64,000 nucleotides of DNA, taken from sequence record NC_014636.1, one strand, 5' to 3'. Shown here in pieces: positions 1 to 11,168 of the stretch. Position 1 is the stretch's first letter. Every line of letters starts with the position of its first letter. The position numbers and the translations under genes are program-made. A model generated the notes under the pieces. The model was not told the DNA's origin, did not search any database, and saw nothing but the letters and a program-made list of their open reading frames with translations.

Positions 1-1
1 T

Positions 2-2773
2 TTGGCAAAAATCGAAGCCGATGAAATTGAACATGTTGCCAAAACGGAAGCAATCAACAAAAGAATTACCGATACCGTAGACCCGCAAATCACCAACATC
101 AAAAAGATGCTGGGAAATTATAAGGGATTCGATCAGGACGGTAACCCAGAAGTAAATGCCCCAGGTCTAGGCGTTAAAGGTCAAGTCGAAAGAAACTGGG
201 AAAGCGTAGTTCAACACGACAATCGTCTAAAGAGTTTGGAAAGTTTCTGGCAAGGAGATACTCCTGATATTCTTATTCGTAACGTTCGTGATATTCGCGC
301 TGAAATCGGTCCATCTGCCGAGAAGACAGATAAGACGATTTATCAACGTGTAAAGACTTCCGAGGAACACGTTGACGTTGCAAATAAACACCTTGAAGAC
401 ATCGACAAGAGTATCGGTAAGATTGAATTCCCAATCAAATACGTTACACAAGCTGGCACAGAAGTTACGGTAAACAACATCTGGGAATATACCAAGCTTG
501 TTCGTGGTGATGTTGGTGCGAATCAGAACTTGCTGAATACTACAGTTAATCAAGTCAACACAAACAAAACTGACATTATTGCGATGAAAGAGCTTGACAC
601 TCAGCATGGTTCGCGTCTTGATAATGTTGAAAGTCTTGTTGGATTGCAGCCAACTGATGGTATGCGCGGTGATATCAAAGCGTTGGACCTGCGTGAATCA
701 AATAACACATCCCGTCTGGAAGGCATGGTTAAAACTGTTACCGACGTTGTTAACCTTGAAACGACTCCTGCCGTTCGTAATCTGCAAGAAGATATGACAA
801 AAGCCAAACCGGATATCTACGGCACAAATGTCGATACCGATATTCCTGTTGTCAAGCTTGGGATCAAAGCAACAAACAAACTGATGTACGAAGAAATGTA
901 TGTTCCGTTTAAATCGGGCAGTGGTTTCATTCTTGACACAAGCGATCAAAATATCGATTCCTCATTCGTTCGTAAGTTTGTTAATGGCAAATGGGAATGG
1001 AAAAATCTATTTGGCGAAGACTTGGTTATCGGTTCAAACAAATCTGTAAGAAGCTTTGATGGACAACGAGCTGTTTCTTTCAACCTAAGATTGGATAAGC
1101 CTCCTGTTACTATTTTCGGCGATGATAATACCGACGTTGAAATCAGAGGTAAAATCGGAAATGAGATCGACGTTCCTGGCTTGAAATACAAGACAATAAC
1201 GGTAGCTCAATTCACTGACACACAGGATACATTCGGTAAAGACAAGCCGATTCAATTTAAGATTGATGGCGAAAACTCACTTACCGTTGCATATGGTGGA
1301 TCAGTTGGTACAGTTATTCATTCTGCTAACATCAAAAACTATGTCGCTGATATCGATCCAAGAACTGGATTCAGACTGAATCGTGATACCGCGATTTCTG
1401 CTGATGTTTCACTTGGTAATAAAAACGTAATCGGAACAAGTTTTATCAATAAGACTATTAAAATTTCCGATGAAGGTATGATTACCGAAATCGATGGTGA
1501 AGTTTCTAAGATTCGCATGGCAATCGACGCGAAATATACCGGTTATTCTGCTGGAAATATTTTGATGACTGAGCTGGGTGTCTCTCGTTATTTGACTAAC
1601 GATTATGTCGAAGTTGGTGATAGCAAAGCAAGTGCTGCATTGAGAACTCGCGGCGATGATATGCGTTCCGTTAAGGTAGTAGTTGGTACAGGAAACACGC
1701 TGTATACAGTGTGGCACGACGGCCTAGACGCACCGAAAGATGGAGCTATGTACGCACGTAAGGACGGCATCTGGACTGCATTTAACCCAGGTGGAGCGGG
1801 CGGTGGATTAGCAGATGATGCACCGGACAATGGAATGCCTCATGTTCGAGTTTCTACTAATGGAAATGCGGTATGGGAAGCGTTGGGATCTAAAGATATC
1901 AACTTGAGTCCTAACATCGGTATTAAGTTCAACACAACAGATCACGGTCTTGTGTCTGCATTTACTCCGCTGTCTACCGGTGCAATTAGCATTGGTTACG
2001 ACAACAGCAAATCGCCTATTACGTTCAAGGGTAGAGTTCAAGGATTCACACTTGGAAACGAACAAGCTTTGATGGGTCTAACGACTTCTGATGAAGTTCG
2101 TACCATCGTTAAAGTTGACTTCGAAAACGACATCATGATTGGTGACGAAAATACTGCCGTTTATTTTGGACGTCAGCCGTTCGTTGATTTTGGTGGTGCT
2201 TCGCATAGAGTGTGGCATGATGGCATTGATGCTCCGTCAGATGGAAGTTATTATGCACGTAATAACGGAGCTTGGCAGCGAGTATTCAATGGCGTTGATC
2301 CAACTGCCGATGTAAATACTACAGGAGCGTTCAAATCTAGAGGCATGAATATTGGTTTTGCCGAACAAGTTGGCGTTGATTATATCGTACAGATTGGTCA
2401 ATCAAATCAATATACAAAACTCAATGGTAAAGTTATGGATATTACTCTGGCACAGCCAGTTGAAAATGGACAGACTTCCATTAAGGGCATGTTGAAAGGT
2501 GCTGAACTAAATGTTATTGCAATCAAAGATAACGTCGCTGGTAATAGTCATGTTGTTGTTGGTGATGCTTCTACCGAACTGCGAATGAATTGTAAGGAAG
2601 CTTACATTAACGGAAACACCGTTGTTACATCTGCATTTGATGTTCTAACCGATGATAAACGTTATTCAAGACGCAATGGCGAGTGGGTACAGAGTTATTA
2701 CTACGGTAACTTTGCGACAAACGCACCTGCTACTCCGGTCGAAGGCGATGTATTCTTTGAATTCGTAAACTAA
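2..2773 (+). CDS. wac: Fibritin (whisker/collar protein), long form, 5'-truncated by window edge
   Basis: N-terminal heptad/coiled-coil segments, then foldon-like motifs (DAPKDGAMYARKDGIW, DAPSDGSYYARNNGAW, DDKRYSRRNGEW) resembling the T4 foldon EAPRDGQAYVRKDGEW; lies upstream of gp13 as in T4. Confidence 0.85.
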   Translation: MAKIEADEIEHVAKTEAINKRITDTVDPQITNIKKMLGNYKGFDQDGNPEVNAPGLGVKGQVERNWESVVQHDNRLKSLESFWQGDTPDILIRNVRDIRAEIGPSAEKTDKTIYQRVKTSEEHVDVANKHLEDIDKSIGKIEFPIKYVTQAGTEVTVNNIWEYTKLVRGDVGANQNLLNTTVNQVNTNKTDIIAMKELDTQHGSRLDNVESLVGLQPTDGMRGDIKALDLRESNNTSRLEGMVKTVTDVVNLETTPAVRNLQEDMTKAKPDIYGTNVDTDIPVVKLGIKATNKLMYEEMYVPFKSGSGFILDTSDQNIDSSFVRKFVNGKWEWKNLFGEDLVIGSNKSVRSFDGQRAVSFNLRLDKPPVTIFGDDNTDVEIRGKIGNEIDVPGLKYKTITVAQFTDTQDTFGKDKPIQFKIDGENSLTVAYGGSVGTVIHSANIKNYVADIDPRTGFRLNRDTAISADVSLGNKNVIGTSFINKTIKISDEGMITEIDGEVSKIRMAIDAKYTGYSAGNILMTELGVSRYLTNDYVEVGDSKASAALRTRGDDMRSVKVVVGTGNTLYTVWHDGLDAPKDGAMYARKDGIWTAFNPGGAGGGLADDAPDNGMPHVRVSTNGNAVWEALGSKDINLSPNIGIKFNTTDHGLVSAFTPLSTGAISIGYDNSKSPITFKGRVQGFTLGNEQALMGLTTSDEVRTIVKVDFENDIMIGDENTAVYFGRQPFVDFGGASHRVWHDGIDAPSDGSYYARNNGAWQRVFNGVDPTADVNTTGAFKSRGMNIGFAEQVGVDYIVQIGQSNQYTKLNGKVMDITLAQPVENGQTSIKGMLKGAELNVIAIKDNVAGNSHVVVGDASTELRMNCKEAYINGNTVVTSAFDVLTDDKRYSRRNGEWVQSYYYGNFATNAPATPVEGDVFFEFVN

Positions 2774-2782
2774 GGAATCAAG

Positions 2783-4387
2783 ATGCCAATTAGAATTGCG
2801 GATCAAAATGGGGAGCTGCATTATGCAGCCCCCAAAATTTACAACGGATATTGGAGAAATGCCGTTGCGTGGGTATATTCTGGTGGCGCATGGCGTCGAA
2901 CTTATGACCCAAAGGATGAAAACCTTTTAATCAATAGTCGTCTATTGAATGGTACTGATTACTTCACATATGCTGATGGTAGAGTTATTGGATTTACTCC
3001 TCCTGGATGGAGTGCATATTCAAACGCCCCTCAAGTCGGGGGAAATGCTTATGCGTATTATTCTAACAGAGAGGATGAATACAGTAGATCATACACATTC
3101 AAAGCAGCTAGTAGTCGGATGTTTTTTCAGACTCGAATTTATGTCCGTCAGGGAGAAACGTATAACGCGAGCGCGTTTGTTCATTCAATCAATTTGCAAG
3201 TAGGTAGAAAATCGTTTGATATTTTCGTCGATGGTGTCCCAGCTAACAAGCAGAGTGATTATATTCAGATGTTGACACAGTTTCCAACTGTTCCGGATTT
3301 GAAAGCAAACACTCGGGTTCAATGTGTATTCAGAGCATTGAAAGACTGCTTGGTACAATTCAATATCGGTGTTGGTGTCGATTATAACGATAGTGGTGAG
3401 ATTCGTATTAGTCAGCCGATGATCAGCAAGTCTAGCACATTGCTATCATATCAGCCAACTCCTAAAGACACCAACTATAATGCGATCATACTGAAAGGCA
3501 CATATATGAAGTTGAACAAACAACTTCCTCCATCAGCTGGAACAAATCACATTGAATCGAGTGTTCAGTTGTTGGATAATGTGTCTGATAAAATAATGAT
3601 CGTTGGACACAACAATGATATTTCTACTTCTGGCATCGGAGTCGATATCAAGAAAAATACTTTGTTTGTTATGGCAGAAAACGTCATTACACACGAAGCC
3701 GCGATTTCATATAAAATCCCGTTGAATCAAGTGTTCGGTGCCGGTATTTGGTACGATGTATCTGGTGGATATGTCAAGAATATCAGATTACACGCAAACG
3801 GGGAATTGATCGCAAGAATTAACGAGACAACTTCCGTTGTTGCTGCAACCAACTTCGTGTTCGGTAGTTTGCAGTACCCAGTGGATGGGCTCATAGTCGA
3901 GCAGTTCGGATTGTTCGTGAATGGAAAGAATCATATTTTCAACGTCGAAGAAGGCGATGGTAATATTTCAAGCGAAGTTCCAAGCACAGAACAATTAAGT
4001 GTATCGTTTGGATCAGATGATACAAAATACGAATGGCTAGGCGCATTACTACCTAAAGTCACAGTTAACCCGAATGAGGAATATATTGCAACGTCCGGCA
4101 TGAAGGTTGAGCTTGTTTCGTCTGGTAGTAATTATGACACGATAGAATGGAGAACTCAATATGGATCAATTGCTAACTCGAATTCGAATAACATCGAAAT
4201 TACAGTAGCAGACGATTACGATTATGGATTGCTTTATCATGCCGTATATCGAAATCGTTTCGGTTCAGTGAGCACAACAACAACAAAAATCTCCGCATTC
4301 CCAACTCCGAAGAGACTTATGTCCGACGAGAATGGCAATCAGATGGGTACTGAGGACGATAAGTTAATCGAAAACCAAAACCCATAA
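2783..4387 (+). CDS. Putative virion fibre/whisker accessory protein, beta-rich (possible carbohydrate-binding/Ig-like domains)
   Basis: 534-aa ORF with RBS (aagga); N-terminal YNGYW/VYSGGAWRR motif; aromatic beta-rich content; inside late operon. Confidence 0.55.
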   Translation: MPIRIADQNGELHYAAPKIYNGYWRNAVAWVYSGGAWRRTYDPKDENLLINSRLLNGTDYFTYADGRVIGFTPPGWSAYSNAPQVGGNAYAYYSNREDEYSRSYTFKAASSRMFFQTRIYVRQGETYNASAFVHSINLQVGRKSFDIFVDGVPANKQSDYIQMLTQFPTVPDLKANTRVQCVFRALKDCLVQFNIGVGVDYNDSGEIRISQPMISKSSTLLSYQPTPKDTNYNAIILKGTYMKLNKQLPPSAGTNHIESSVQLLDNVSDKIMIVGHNNDISTSGIGVDIKKNTLFVMAENVITHEAAISYKIPLNQVFGAGIWYDVSGGYVKNIRLHANGELIARINETTSVVAATNFVFGSLQYPVDGLIVEQFGLFVNGKNHIFNVEEGDGNISSEVPSTEQLSVSFGSDDTKYEWLGALLPKVTVNPNEEYIATSGMKVELVSSGSNYDTIEWRTQYGSIANSNSNNIEITVADDYDYGLLYHAVYRNRFGSVSTTTTKISAFPTPKRLMSDENGNQMGTEDDKLIENQNP

Positions 4388-4396
4388 GGAGGCTAT

Positions 4397-5002
4397 ATGC
4401 CTACAGTAAAAATCTCTGACCTACCTAGAGCAGATGGATTTGTTGGGAATGAGTTCGGACAAGTTATTCAGAACGGCGCAAATAAACGTGCCGTTATATT
4501 GTTCGCTGATTCTAATAACAAGTTTGTTATTCCTCAAGGATTCACAGTCAGCGCGGAAACAAGTGATGATATCGAAAACGTAATTGAAATCGCTCCTGAT
4601 GGAAAATCATTCTATCTTGGTCCAAAGTCAGATAAGCCTGTTATATCAGCAGACGTATCCGGAATGGTAGTTAAAAACATAACTGTTCCAAACAACGTCG
4701 CATATTATGGAATGACGACAGAAGGCGAAAGAAAAGAGTTGATCAAACTCGGAAGCGATAACAATGTAACGATAGGAGACGGCAAATCTTCTCTAACTCT
4801 AGTTCAAGGTTCAAATCATGAAATTTCCGTAAGACGCGAATCTCTGCCTGGTAAAGCAGATTGGTCAGATTATCGTTTGATCGATACCGGTATCTTTAAG
4901 GACTATTTCGTATTGCAGATGAATTCTATCTATACCCATGGTACAGATGAACCAAACGACAATGACGGATATCCAGACGGACACCTTTACATCAAATATT
5001 AA
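4397..5002 (+). CDS. Putative fibre/structural accessory protein
   Basis: Strong RBS (aaggagg); N-terminal TVKISDLP and C-terminal GTDEPNDNDGYPDGHLYIKY motifs typical of phage fibre proteins. Confidence 0.55.
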   Translation: MPTVKISDLPRADGFVGNEFGQVIQNGANKRAVILFADSNNKFVIPQGFTVSAETSDDIENVIEIAPDGKSFYLGPKSDKPVISADVSGMVVKNITVPNNVAYYGMTTEGERKELIKLGSDNNVTIGDGKSSLTLVQGSNHEISVRRESLPGKADWSDYRLIDTGIFKDYFVLQMNSIYTHGTDEPNDNDGYPDGHLYIKY

Positions 5003-5006
5003 TTAA

Positions 5007-5026
5007 ACGGCGGGGAAACTCGCCGT
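5007..5026 (+). other. GC-rich hairpin with GAAA tetraloop, no U-tract
   Basis: ACGGCGGG-GAAA-CTCGCCGT (one G.U pair) just upstream of a GGGAGGG RBS. Confidence 0.55.
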
Positions 5027-5043
5027 ATCTGGGAGGGATAGTT

Positions 5044-5193
5044 TTGTTCATCAAAATAAATAACAAGCAAGTGCCGTGTGAATTTAGATTAAAGGTAGAT
5101 GGTAGTTATAAAATCGGAACACCTTATATCAAAGTGAACGGCAAATATCAGCCCGTGAATTCACAAACAACAAACTTAAAGCTGAAAGGCTAA
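5044..5193 (+). CDS. 49-aa ORF absent from the ORF track (MFIKINNKQVPCEFRLKVDGSYKIGTPYIKVNGKYQPVNSQTTNLKLKG)
   Basis: TTG start 6 nt after GGGAGGG; three IK/LK-(I/V)-(N/D)-G-like beta-hairpin repeats. Confidence 0.65.
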   Translation: MFIKINNKQVPCEFRLKVDGSYKIGTPYIKVNGKYQPVNSQTTNLKLKG

Positions 5194-5202
5194 GGATCTA
5201 AA

Positions 5203-5400
5203 ATGCAAGCGATTATTCTGTTTATTCTCAAGAGAGTCGGCACCGAAGTGCTTTTGCAGATGCTAAAGCAGTTGGTAAAAATTCTTGAGAAGCGTATCGA
5301 TAACAACTTTGGTTCAGATGACGTCGATGCTATTGAAAAACGTGTTGAAGTAGCAAAAGAGCCTTCCGCGACACCGATTTCGCATCCAGGTAAAGAATAA
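5203..5400 (+). CDS. Small hypothetical protein with amphipathic N-terminal helix
   Basis: RBS aagga; 65 aa; fills gap before gp13. Confidence 0.6.
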   Translation: MQAIILFILKRVGTEVLLQMLKQLVKILEKRIDNNFGSDDVDAIEKRVEVAKEPSATPISHPGKE

Positions 5401-5415
5401 AAGGAGGGGCCCGGG

Positions 5416-6336
5416 ATGATGACCAATAACTACGTTAAAAACCCGAGGGAGTTGAAAGACCTGATTTTGCGTCGCCTCGGCGCTCCGGTTATTCAAGTTG
5501 AAGTGACTGAGGATCACATTTATGATTGCATCGGTCGCGCTCTCGAACTATATAAAGAATACCATTATGACGGCTTGAATAAAGCCTACATAACTGTTAA
5601 ATTAACACAGGAACAGGCGGCAACTGGATACATTGACGTATCAGCTTATCCAATTTTCGCTATCACAAAAATAATTCGTCAGAAGTCAATGCTATGGGGA
5701 GGTCTGGGTGGCGGTGCTACTTTGAATTTCTTCACTGACTTTTTGACCACGTTAGGTGGCGGACCACAAGGCATTAGCTATCATGGTCCATTCGGCGCAC
5801 TTGGCAATATCGGATTTTTCGCACAGTTTCAGAGTTATCAGAATTTGATGATGGATCAGCTTGACCCGCTCCCAGACTACTGGCTAGACCCAGTTAATGG
5901 CGTTGTTCAGCTAACCGGAAACTTCAAGGAAAACGATCTGGTGATTATGGAAGTTCATATTCAGAATTTCGTCGAACTTGAACGGTCAGTTCGTGGTATT
6001 GCGGGTTCTGGAATGACTGCTGGCGGGCCAACTAGCGCGAGCACTAGAGATAAATGGATGAATCCATATTCCAAGATATCAGCAAACGTCGCAGGACAAG
6101 CTAGGAGCGAATTCCCAGACCAAGGGTGCTACAATGTACGATGGGTGAAGGACTTCGCCACCACGCTAACCAAAGAGATTTGGGGCGAGATTCTAGCTAA
6201 ACATCAAGGCATGGCATTGCCCGGTGGTGTTACTGTTGACGGTACTAGACTGATCGAAGAAGCTAGACAAGAAAAAGAAGTGTTGCGTCAGGAGCTAATG
6301 CTCTTAGAGGAACCACTTCCCATCCTAATGGGGTAA
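5416..6336 (+). CDS. 13: Neck protein gp13
   Basis: LKDLILRRLGAPVIQVEVTEDHIYDCI and LPGGVTVDG motifs; synteny. Confidence 0.95.
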   Translation: MMTNNYVKNPRELKDLILRRLGAPVIQVEVTEDHIYDCIGRALELYKEYHYDGLNKAYITVKLTQEQAATGYIDVSAYPIFAITKIIRQKSMLWGGLGGGATLNFFTDFLTTLGGGPQGISYHGPFGALGNIGFFAQFQSYQNLMMDQLDPLPDYWLDPVNGVVQLTGNFKENDLVIMEVHIQNFVELERSVRGIAGSGMTAGGPTSASTRDKWMNPYSKISANVAGQARSEFPDQGCYNVRWVKDFATTLTKEIWGEILAKHQGMALPGGVTVDGTRLIEEARQEKEVLRQELMLLEEPLPILMG

Positions 6337-6338
6337 CA

Positions 6339-7136
6339 ATGTTCGCAAGAAATCAAAGCATGTTTGCCCAGCTCGAAACAGGAGCTGGGTACAATAAGAC
6401 TTATCAAGAAAGCGTATTAAATCCTTATGTGAATAAGCATGATTATGATCCAACGCTAACATTACAGGAAATGTTAGTGGCTGAATCGGTGCAAATGAAT
6501 GGTGTTGAGGTATATTATATTAGACGTCAGTTTGTAAAACTAGATCAGTTATTTGGAGAAGACTTACAATCCAAGTTTAAGAAGGCATATAAAGTCGCTA
6601 TGTATTTGGAAAGCTTCGAAGAATATAGTGGACAGAGGGACTTTTTCTCAAAGTTTGGTATGCAAGTTAACGATGAAGTTAGCTTTACAGTCAGTCCCAA
6701 ACTATTTGAGCACCAGACTGATGGAGAACGAGCGAAGGAAGGGGATTTGATTTATTTCCCAATGAATAATAGCTTGTTTGAAATCACATGGGTAGAACCG
6801 ACGTCTCCTATGATCAAACGCGAGAGATTGGCAAAGTATCGTATCACCGCACAGAAATTCATCTACAGTGGCGAAGAAATTAAGCCTGAGTTTGATCCGA
6901 ATCGCTATGTTCTTGATGATACCGATCCGTTTGCTCAAGTTAAAGCACTTGACGGACGAATGGATATCAATCTCGACGAGTTCGAAGAGGACGACGCAAT
7001 CGATGTCGAAGCAGATACGTTTATCGAGGAGTTCGAAAACATTATTGGAACTGGTACTCCTATTGCCGAGCACAATAAGCCGGCTCCAGCGCCAGTTGAT
7101 ATGAAAAATGTGTTCGATGATCTAGAATCGTTTTAA
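6339..7136 (+). CDS. 14: Neck protein gp14
   Basis: LVAESVQMNGVEVYYI, GQRDFFSKFGM, EGDLIYFPMNNSLFEI motifs. Confidence 0.95.
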   Translation: MFARNQSMFAQLETGAGYNKTYQESVLNPYVNKHDYDPTLTLQEMLVAESVQMNGVEVYYIRRQFVKLDQLFGEDLQSKFKKAYKVAMYLESFEEYSGQRDFFSKFGMQVNDEVSFTVSPKLFEHQTDGERAKEGDLIYFPMNNSLFEITWVEPTSPMIKRERLAKYRITAQKFIYSGEEIKPEFDPNRYVLDDTDPFAQVKALDGRMDINLDEFEEDDAIDVEADTFIEEFENIIGTGTPIAEHNKPAPAPVDMKNVFDDLESF

Positions 7137-7744
7137 CAGAGCCCTTCGGGGCTCTTATACGTTGCGCATGACTCACATATTGTATTGCTTTTGATTCGTC
7201 GCAGTGACAGATCAAAACTGCCGTGTGATTTGCAGGTCACTTGATATTGTGTACTTTCGCCGGCCCATCCAGATACTTGTCGAATGGTATATCCATGTCG
7301 TTTAGCATAGTCGGAAGTGATCTTGACTGCAAGATGTTTTGGCTTTTTCTTTTCGATGCCAATACAGACATCACATTTCGGTTTACCGAACATGAGTTCA
7401 CCTATTTTGTTGAACGTCTGATGTCCATTAGGACAGATCAGAACAGCTTCGCTTTGACGATGCCACTCCTCTTTTACCGGAGCAAGATGCAGACTATAGC
7501 CATGATTCACAATCGATCTCATAGCCAAAATCTCGCGTTGTTTAGCGTCGAACTTAAAGCGACGGTCACACCAGCAACGAAGCTTAGGTATCTGATTGAG
7601 ATACGCTTTGAACACAGGTGTGCCTAACCAAGTTTTAGTAGCGCATTCACTACAGGAACAAGCATACACTTTATTGCCGTAGCAGTCAACATGATCTAGT
7701 GATAAAATTTCGAGGTGATTGATTTTTGTACCAATTATGTTCAT
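7133..7744 (-). CDS. Cys/His-rich Zn-finger repeat protein, homing-endonuclease-like but with no recognisable nuclease domain (likely start MNIIGTK at 7744)
   Basis: CSCSEC, CWC, CPNGH..CDVC and CKSH..CESC motifs; antisense insertion in late operon. Confidence 0.6.
   Translation of the reverse strand: MNIIGTKINHLEILSLDHVDCYGNKVYACSCSECATKTWLGTPVFKAYLNQIPKLRCWCDRRFKFDAKQREILAMRSIVNHGYSLHLAPVKEEWHRQSEAVLICPNGHQTFNKIGELMFGKPKCDVCIGIEKKKPKHLAVKITSDYAKRHGYTIRQVSGWAGESTQYQVTCKSHGSFDLSLRRIKSNTICESCATYKSPEGLC
7138..7156. terminator. Hairpin between convergent gp14 and Zn-finger gene
   Basis: AGAGCCC-TTCG-GGGCTCT, UUCG tetraloop. Confidence 0.7.
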
Positions 7745-7756
7745 AAAGTAGACTCT

Positions 7757-7899
7757 TCCAGAAATCGAAGATCGCGCCGTAGGCGCTAACTCATTGAAAT
7801 ATAAGAAAAAGACAAAGTAAATTCTCATTAAAGTATTATAAGAGATTTTATTTTCTCTTTTTGTTACATTTTATTAACATCTAGCGACTAGCGTCGCAG
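7757..7899. repeat. Dispersed structured non-coding element, copy 1 (~140 bp)
   Basis: Near-identical to 45906-46045 with an identical ~58-bp AT-rich core and flanking GC hairpins. Confidence 0.9.
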
Positions 7900-7907
7900 T
7901 GTAAACA

Positions 7908-7914
7908 CTAAATA
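7908..7914 (+). promoter_or_regulatory. Late promoter CTAAATA for gp15
   Basis: Same heptamer upstream of gp19, gp20, gp68, gp22, gp23, uvsW and alt. Confidence 0.75.
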
Positions 7915-7933
7915 CAAGTAAAGGAGGAATAGC

Positions 7934-8751
7934 ATGTTTGGCTATTTTTATAACAGTATTACAAGACGTTACATCGTTCTTATGGCACAACTGTTCAACG
8001 GTGTTCAGGTAGCTAGAGAACGAGACGGAAAAGTGTCGTACAACAAAGTACCAATCACCTACGCTAGTAAAGAGCGATTTGTATCCAAATTAAACAGCGT
8101 GAATAGTAACATGGACGAGAACGGTATTGCAAGAGTTGAGACGATTCTTCCTAGAATGAATCTCACTCTCGTTGACATGGTCTATAACCCGTTGTTCAAA
8201 ACCGGTGTTAACGTTCGTTCACAATCATTAGGTGCTGGTATGTCAGTATCAAGACAAAATCCAGTCCCTTACAAATATCTTTTCGAGTTGTCAATCGCGA
8301 CTCGATTTGAGGATGATATGCTGCAAATAGTTGAACAGATTTTGCCATATTTTCAGCCCAACTTTACAACAAAGATTACCGAACTACATGAAAGCTTAAC
8401 TCCTATTGATCGTGATATTCAAGTCACTATCCAAGGACTTTCTATGTCAGAGGATTTAGAAGGACCATCAAGTGAACGTCGCAGACTTCAATGGGATATT
8501 ACATTTGAACTTGATGGATGGCTATATCCTCCTGTGTCAAATCTCAAGGGAGAAATTAAGACGATTTATCTTGATTTCTTTTCTAATAAGACAGAATTAA
8601 AAACGAGCGAGGAGAATTTTGAATCGGTTGATTTCGAAGTTGATCCGCGCACTGCTAATAAAGAAACATGGGACGGAAAATATATCGAGACCGCAAGTCA
8701 GAATATTCCTATTCCGAAAGACCCAGAGAAACCGGGACCGAGAGGTAAAAA

Positions 8752-8755
<4 letters not shown>
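7934..8755 (+). CDS. 15: Tail sheath stabiliser/completion protein gp15
   Basis: MFGYFYNSITRRYIVLM, KVPITYASKERF, EQILPYFQP motifs. Confidence 0.95.
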
Positions 8756-11158
<2,403 letters not shown>

Positions 11159-11168
11159 GGAAAAACAA

